28,272 bases of DNA from a virus (taxonomy: Duplodnaviria > Caudoviricetes): the IMG/VR virus record IMGVR_UViG_3300039216_000004, positions 1 through 28,272 of that record; one strand, given 5' to 3'. The notes below the pieces were generated by a model. It worked only from the letters and a program-made list of their open reading frames with translations. It made no database searches and was not told the DNA's origin. Below, one piece after another: positions 25,699 to 28,272 of this stretch (positions are counted from its first letter, which is position 1; each line of letters starts with the position of its first letter). The position numbers were made by a program, and so were the translations under genes.

Positions 25699-27854
25699 AA
25701 AAACTGATTCTTCTTTCAATGGTATTTTTGCTTCCGTCTTGCGTGGCTTTTGCCAATATGCACACGCCCGCTCAGGATATAACCGTTAATGCGTCAAACT
25801 TTACTAAGAACCTCAACTCAACTGACACCGATGTCCAGACGGCCCTTGCTACTATCGATCAGATGGCGGGGGGCGGCGGGGGGGGCATCCCCTATCCTTC
25901 CTGTTCTGGAGTGGTGACTATGGGCGTGTCTGCATGGGGATCTTGCTTTACAAACAATTCAGGGAACTGGAACACCGCCTACGGATGGGGCAATTGGGCA
26001 TCTAATTTCGGGACAGCTTCGGGAACTATCGCGCAAGGTAATGATTCAAGAATTAATAACGGTCAAACTGCTTATGGATGGGGGAACCCTTCTGGTGTTT
26101 ACCTTCCTGTTGGCGGTACGGCGGCAAACTCAGCAGAGCTTAACGGTCAGGTGGCATCTTATTATTATCCGGCATCTAATCCTAACAGCTATACCACGCT
26201 TGCGGCTGTCGCGGGTGTTGGTTATGTGACCGGGACGCCCTGGACAGGCATGGGATATTTAACATCATCGACTATCCCTTGGGGAAATTTAACCATCACG
26301 AATGGTACAGGCGTTAATTGGACTTCTTTTTATCCCGCAAGCAATCCTTCTTCATTTCAGACGTTATCACAAGTAGCCAGTTCAATATCAACGGCATTAT
26401 CAGGATATGCTACGCAAGCATGGGTTAATTTACAGGGATTTTTAACTGGGGTATCTCACGATATTTCGCTAATTGGTAGTGGTACAGTAGGGAGCAACCT
26501 CGGAGTAAACTTTACTGACTTAACGACGATCTATCCTAATATTGTTGGCAACTGGACTGATTTAGACTTGCTTAGTACTGCCCAGACAATCAGAGGGACA
26601 AAGACGTTTACTCAAACTATCAATGGTAATATTTCAGGGACAGCGTCTAATCTATCAGGAACGCCAGCACTTCCAAACGGAACAACAGCCACAACGCAAT
26701 CACAGGCAGACGGCTCAACGAAATTAGCTACAACAGCCTACGTTGATACGGGGCTATCGGGGAAACAGGCCACAGGGAGTTATTTGACCGCCGTAACCGC
26801 AGACAGCCCTTTAAGTGGTTCAGGAACATCTGGAAGTCATCTAGTGATCAGCACAGCTGGTACATGGGCAGGTAATGCGGCAACGGCTACGAGCGCAACT
26901 TCAGCCACAACCGCCGGAACAGTAACAACAGCCGCACAGCCAAACATCACATCAACGGGAACGCTTACATCTTTATTGGTCAGCGGCAACGTAGGCATAG
27001 GCTCATCGAATCCAGGACAAGCTCTTGATGTGGTAGGTACAGTAAGAATATTAGGGGCAAGCGCAGGAATGTTTGTAGGAACTCCATTGAGCCTTGCAAG
27101 CTATCCTTCTACGTGGGGTTCATTTGTAGGAACGTCAGGGTCACAGAATTACGGCCAGGTTATAGTTCAGGACTTAAATTCCAATGGTCAAGGAGGTTTG
27201 GTTGTAGGTGGCGACAACATGACTAATACGACTCATTACAGTCAGATTTATATGAACGGTTCTGGCACAGCAGTTAATCGTGGAGTAACGAATATTAACT
27301 TCGCTAATCCCAACGCCCTATCAATTTACAATACGGACGCAGAGACAGATATAGGAACAGGTCAGGTTACTGCGGGAACTCCAGCGGGCAATATTAATTT
27401 CTATGTTGACCAACATGCTACACCGACTATGACGATTACGAATGGCAATGTCGGCATAGGTTCTACAAATCCAGGGCAAAAACTGGACGTTAATGGTTCA
27501 GTTAGAGTAAACAATCTCTTTGGTTTTGGTAGTGTCTATAATAATTCCAATATTGGGATAGGGACAGCGACAATTAATTATCTTACAGGAAATATTCAGA
27601 ATGTAGGAATAGGTACTTCGACCGGGGCGTATATGAGTTGGACGGCACCGTCAAGTCCGACAATAGTACGTTTGAAGATCAAACAAGACGCGACGGGGAG
27701 CAGGCCATTGCCCAGCACCGTGAATATTGCGAACCTCCACTGGTGCGGGAACGCGGCCCCGACGCTTACCACGACGGCTAATGCTTGGGACTGGATAAGC
27801 TGTATGTATGACGGAACTAATTATGATTGTTGTGCAACCCTTAATTTCCAATAG
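25695..27854 (+). CDS. Long fibre/adhesin-like protein with a Sec signal peptide
   Basis: MKKLILLSMVFLLPSCVAFA; fibre motifs VQTAL, QTIRGTKTF, STKLATTAYV and GNVGIG repeats. Confidence 0.8.
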   Translation: MKKLILLSMVFLLPSCVAFANMHTPAQDITVNASNFTKNLNSTDTDVQTALATIDQMAGGGGGGIPYPSCSGVVTMGVSAWGSCFTNNSGNWNTAYGWGNWASNFGTASGTIAQGNDSRINNGQTAYGWGNPSGVYLPVGGTAANSAELNGQVASYYYPASNPNSYTTLAAVAGVGYVTGTPWTGMGYLTSSTIPWGNLTITNGTGVNWTSFYPASNPSSFQTLSQVASSISTALSGYATQAWVNLQGFLTGVSHDISLIGSGTVGSNLGVNFTDLTTIYPNIVGNWTDLDLLSTAQTIRGTKTFTQTINGNISGTASNLSGTPALPNGTTATTQSQADGSTKLATTAYVDTGLSGKQATGSYLTAVTADSPLSGSGTSGSHLVISTAGTWAGNAATATSATSATTAGTVTTAAQPNITSTGTLTSLLVSGNVGIGSSNPGQALDVVGTVRILGASAGMFVGTPLSLASYPSTWGSFVGTSGSQNYGQVIVQDLNSNGQGGLVVGGDNMTNTTHYSQIYMNGSGTAVNRGVTNINFANPNALSIYNTDAETDIGTGQVTAGTPAGNINFYVDQHATPTMTITNGNVGIGSTNPGQKLDVNGSVRVNNLFGFGSVYNNSNIGIGTATINYLTGNIQNVGIGTSTGAYMSWTAPSSPTIVRLKIKQDATGSRPLPSTVNIANLHWCGNAAPTLTTTANAWDWISCMYDGTNYDCCATLNFQ

Positions 27855-27861
27855 GTGGGAT

Positions 27862-28272
27862 ATGAAAAAACTACTTTTATTCTTAGCATTGATGTTGTGG
27901 GCGAGTGGGGCGTGGGCGGCTTATCCGAATTATACTGTTATGCCTTCGGGTGGAGATTTTACCACGCTTCAAGGGGCTATTGCAGATTTAATAGCTAATC
28001 ACCCCGTTCCTGCTGGCCCTGTAACAATCACGATAAGCGGAACATGGGCATCTGCCGATACGACGGCGGTAAATATTACGGGGATTACTCTCACAGGGAC
28101 AAATACTCTAACAATTTCAACATCAGGATCATCTATTCATCCTGGCTATTGGTCAGACGCTTCGCCGTATTATAGATTAAAGGTAACTAACAATGATGCC
28201 ATGCAGATTAATTCTGATTATGTAAATATTACAGGATTACAATTAAATTCCATTTGTTCCAATGGCTATAAT
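27862..28272 (+). CDS. Partial pectin-lyase-like beta-helix (tailspike-like) protein with a Sec signal peptide
   Basis: Manual translation MKKLLLFLALMLWASGAWA-AYPNYTVMPSGGDFTTLQGAIADL...; open to the window end. Confidence 0.78.
   Translation, partial: MKKLLLFLALMLWASGAWAAYPNYTVMPSGGDFTTLQGAIADLIANHPVPAGPVTITISGTWASADTTAVNITGITLTGTNTLTISTSGSSIHPGYWSDASPYYRLKVTNNDAMQINSDYVNITGLQLNSICSNGYN

Noticed and set aside
26980-27510. GNVGIG repeats as a possible DGR template/variable repeat pair
   Set aside because: Differences are mostly synonymous and not adenine-specific; no reverse transcriptase in the window
25755-27854. Many N-x-S/T sequons suggesting glycosylation
   Set aside because: Roughly what is expected from the high N, S and T content
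1-28272. tRNA genes, CRISPR arrays, integrase, lysis genes, stop-codon recoding
   Set aside because: None seen; long genes read through cleanly in code 11 and intergenic gaps show no cloverleaf or repeat-spacer pattern

Overview
A 28 kb piece of a tailed dsDNA bacteriophage or prophage with a short contractile tail. It uses the standard genetic code, bacterial SD sites and sigma70-type promoters. Positions 1-4441 (minus strand) form an early/replication arm: GIY-YIG nuclease, replication initiator, NDT-like DUF4406 protein, a chimeric YopX fragment, an intact RtcB RNA ligase and small hypothetical genes. A structured divergent control region lies at about 4310-4770. Positions 4773-28272 (plus strand) form the morphogenesis operon: TerS, TerL, portal, gpF-like protein, protease/scaffold, decoration protein, MCP, neck, sheath, tube, chaperones, a 340-aa tape measure, baseplate with PAAR, fibre and adaptors. 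The most unusual points are: (1) two consecutive fibre/tailspike-like genes with Sec signal peptides; (2) a yopX'-rtcB-structured-RNA cassette bounded by 20-bp direct repeats; (3) a CI/C4-like antisense or attenuator RNA at the start of the early transcript; (4) a recurrent Asn-[Ser/Ala] motif suggesting an Asn-specific prohead protease; (5) an unannotated -1 frameshift chaperone and a nested scaffold start. All family calls come from motif recognition and gene order; no database searches were run.
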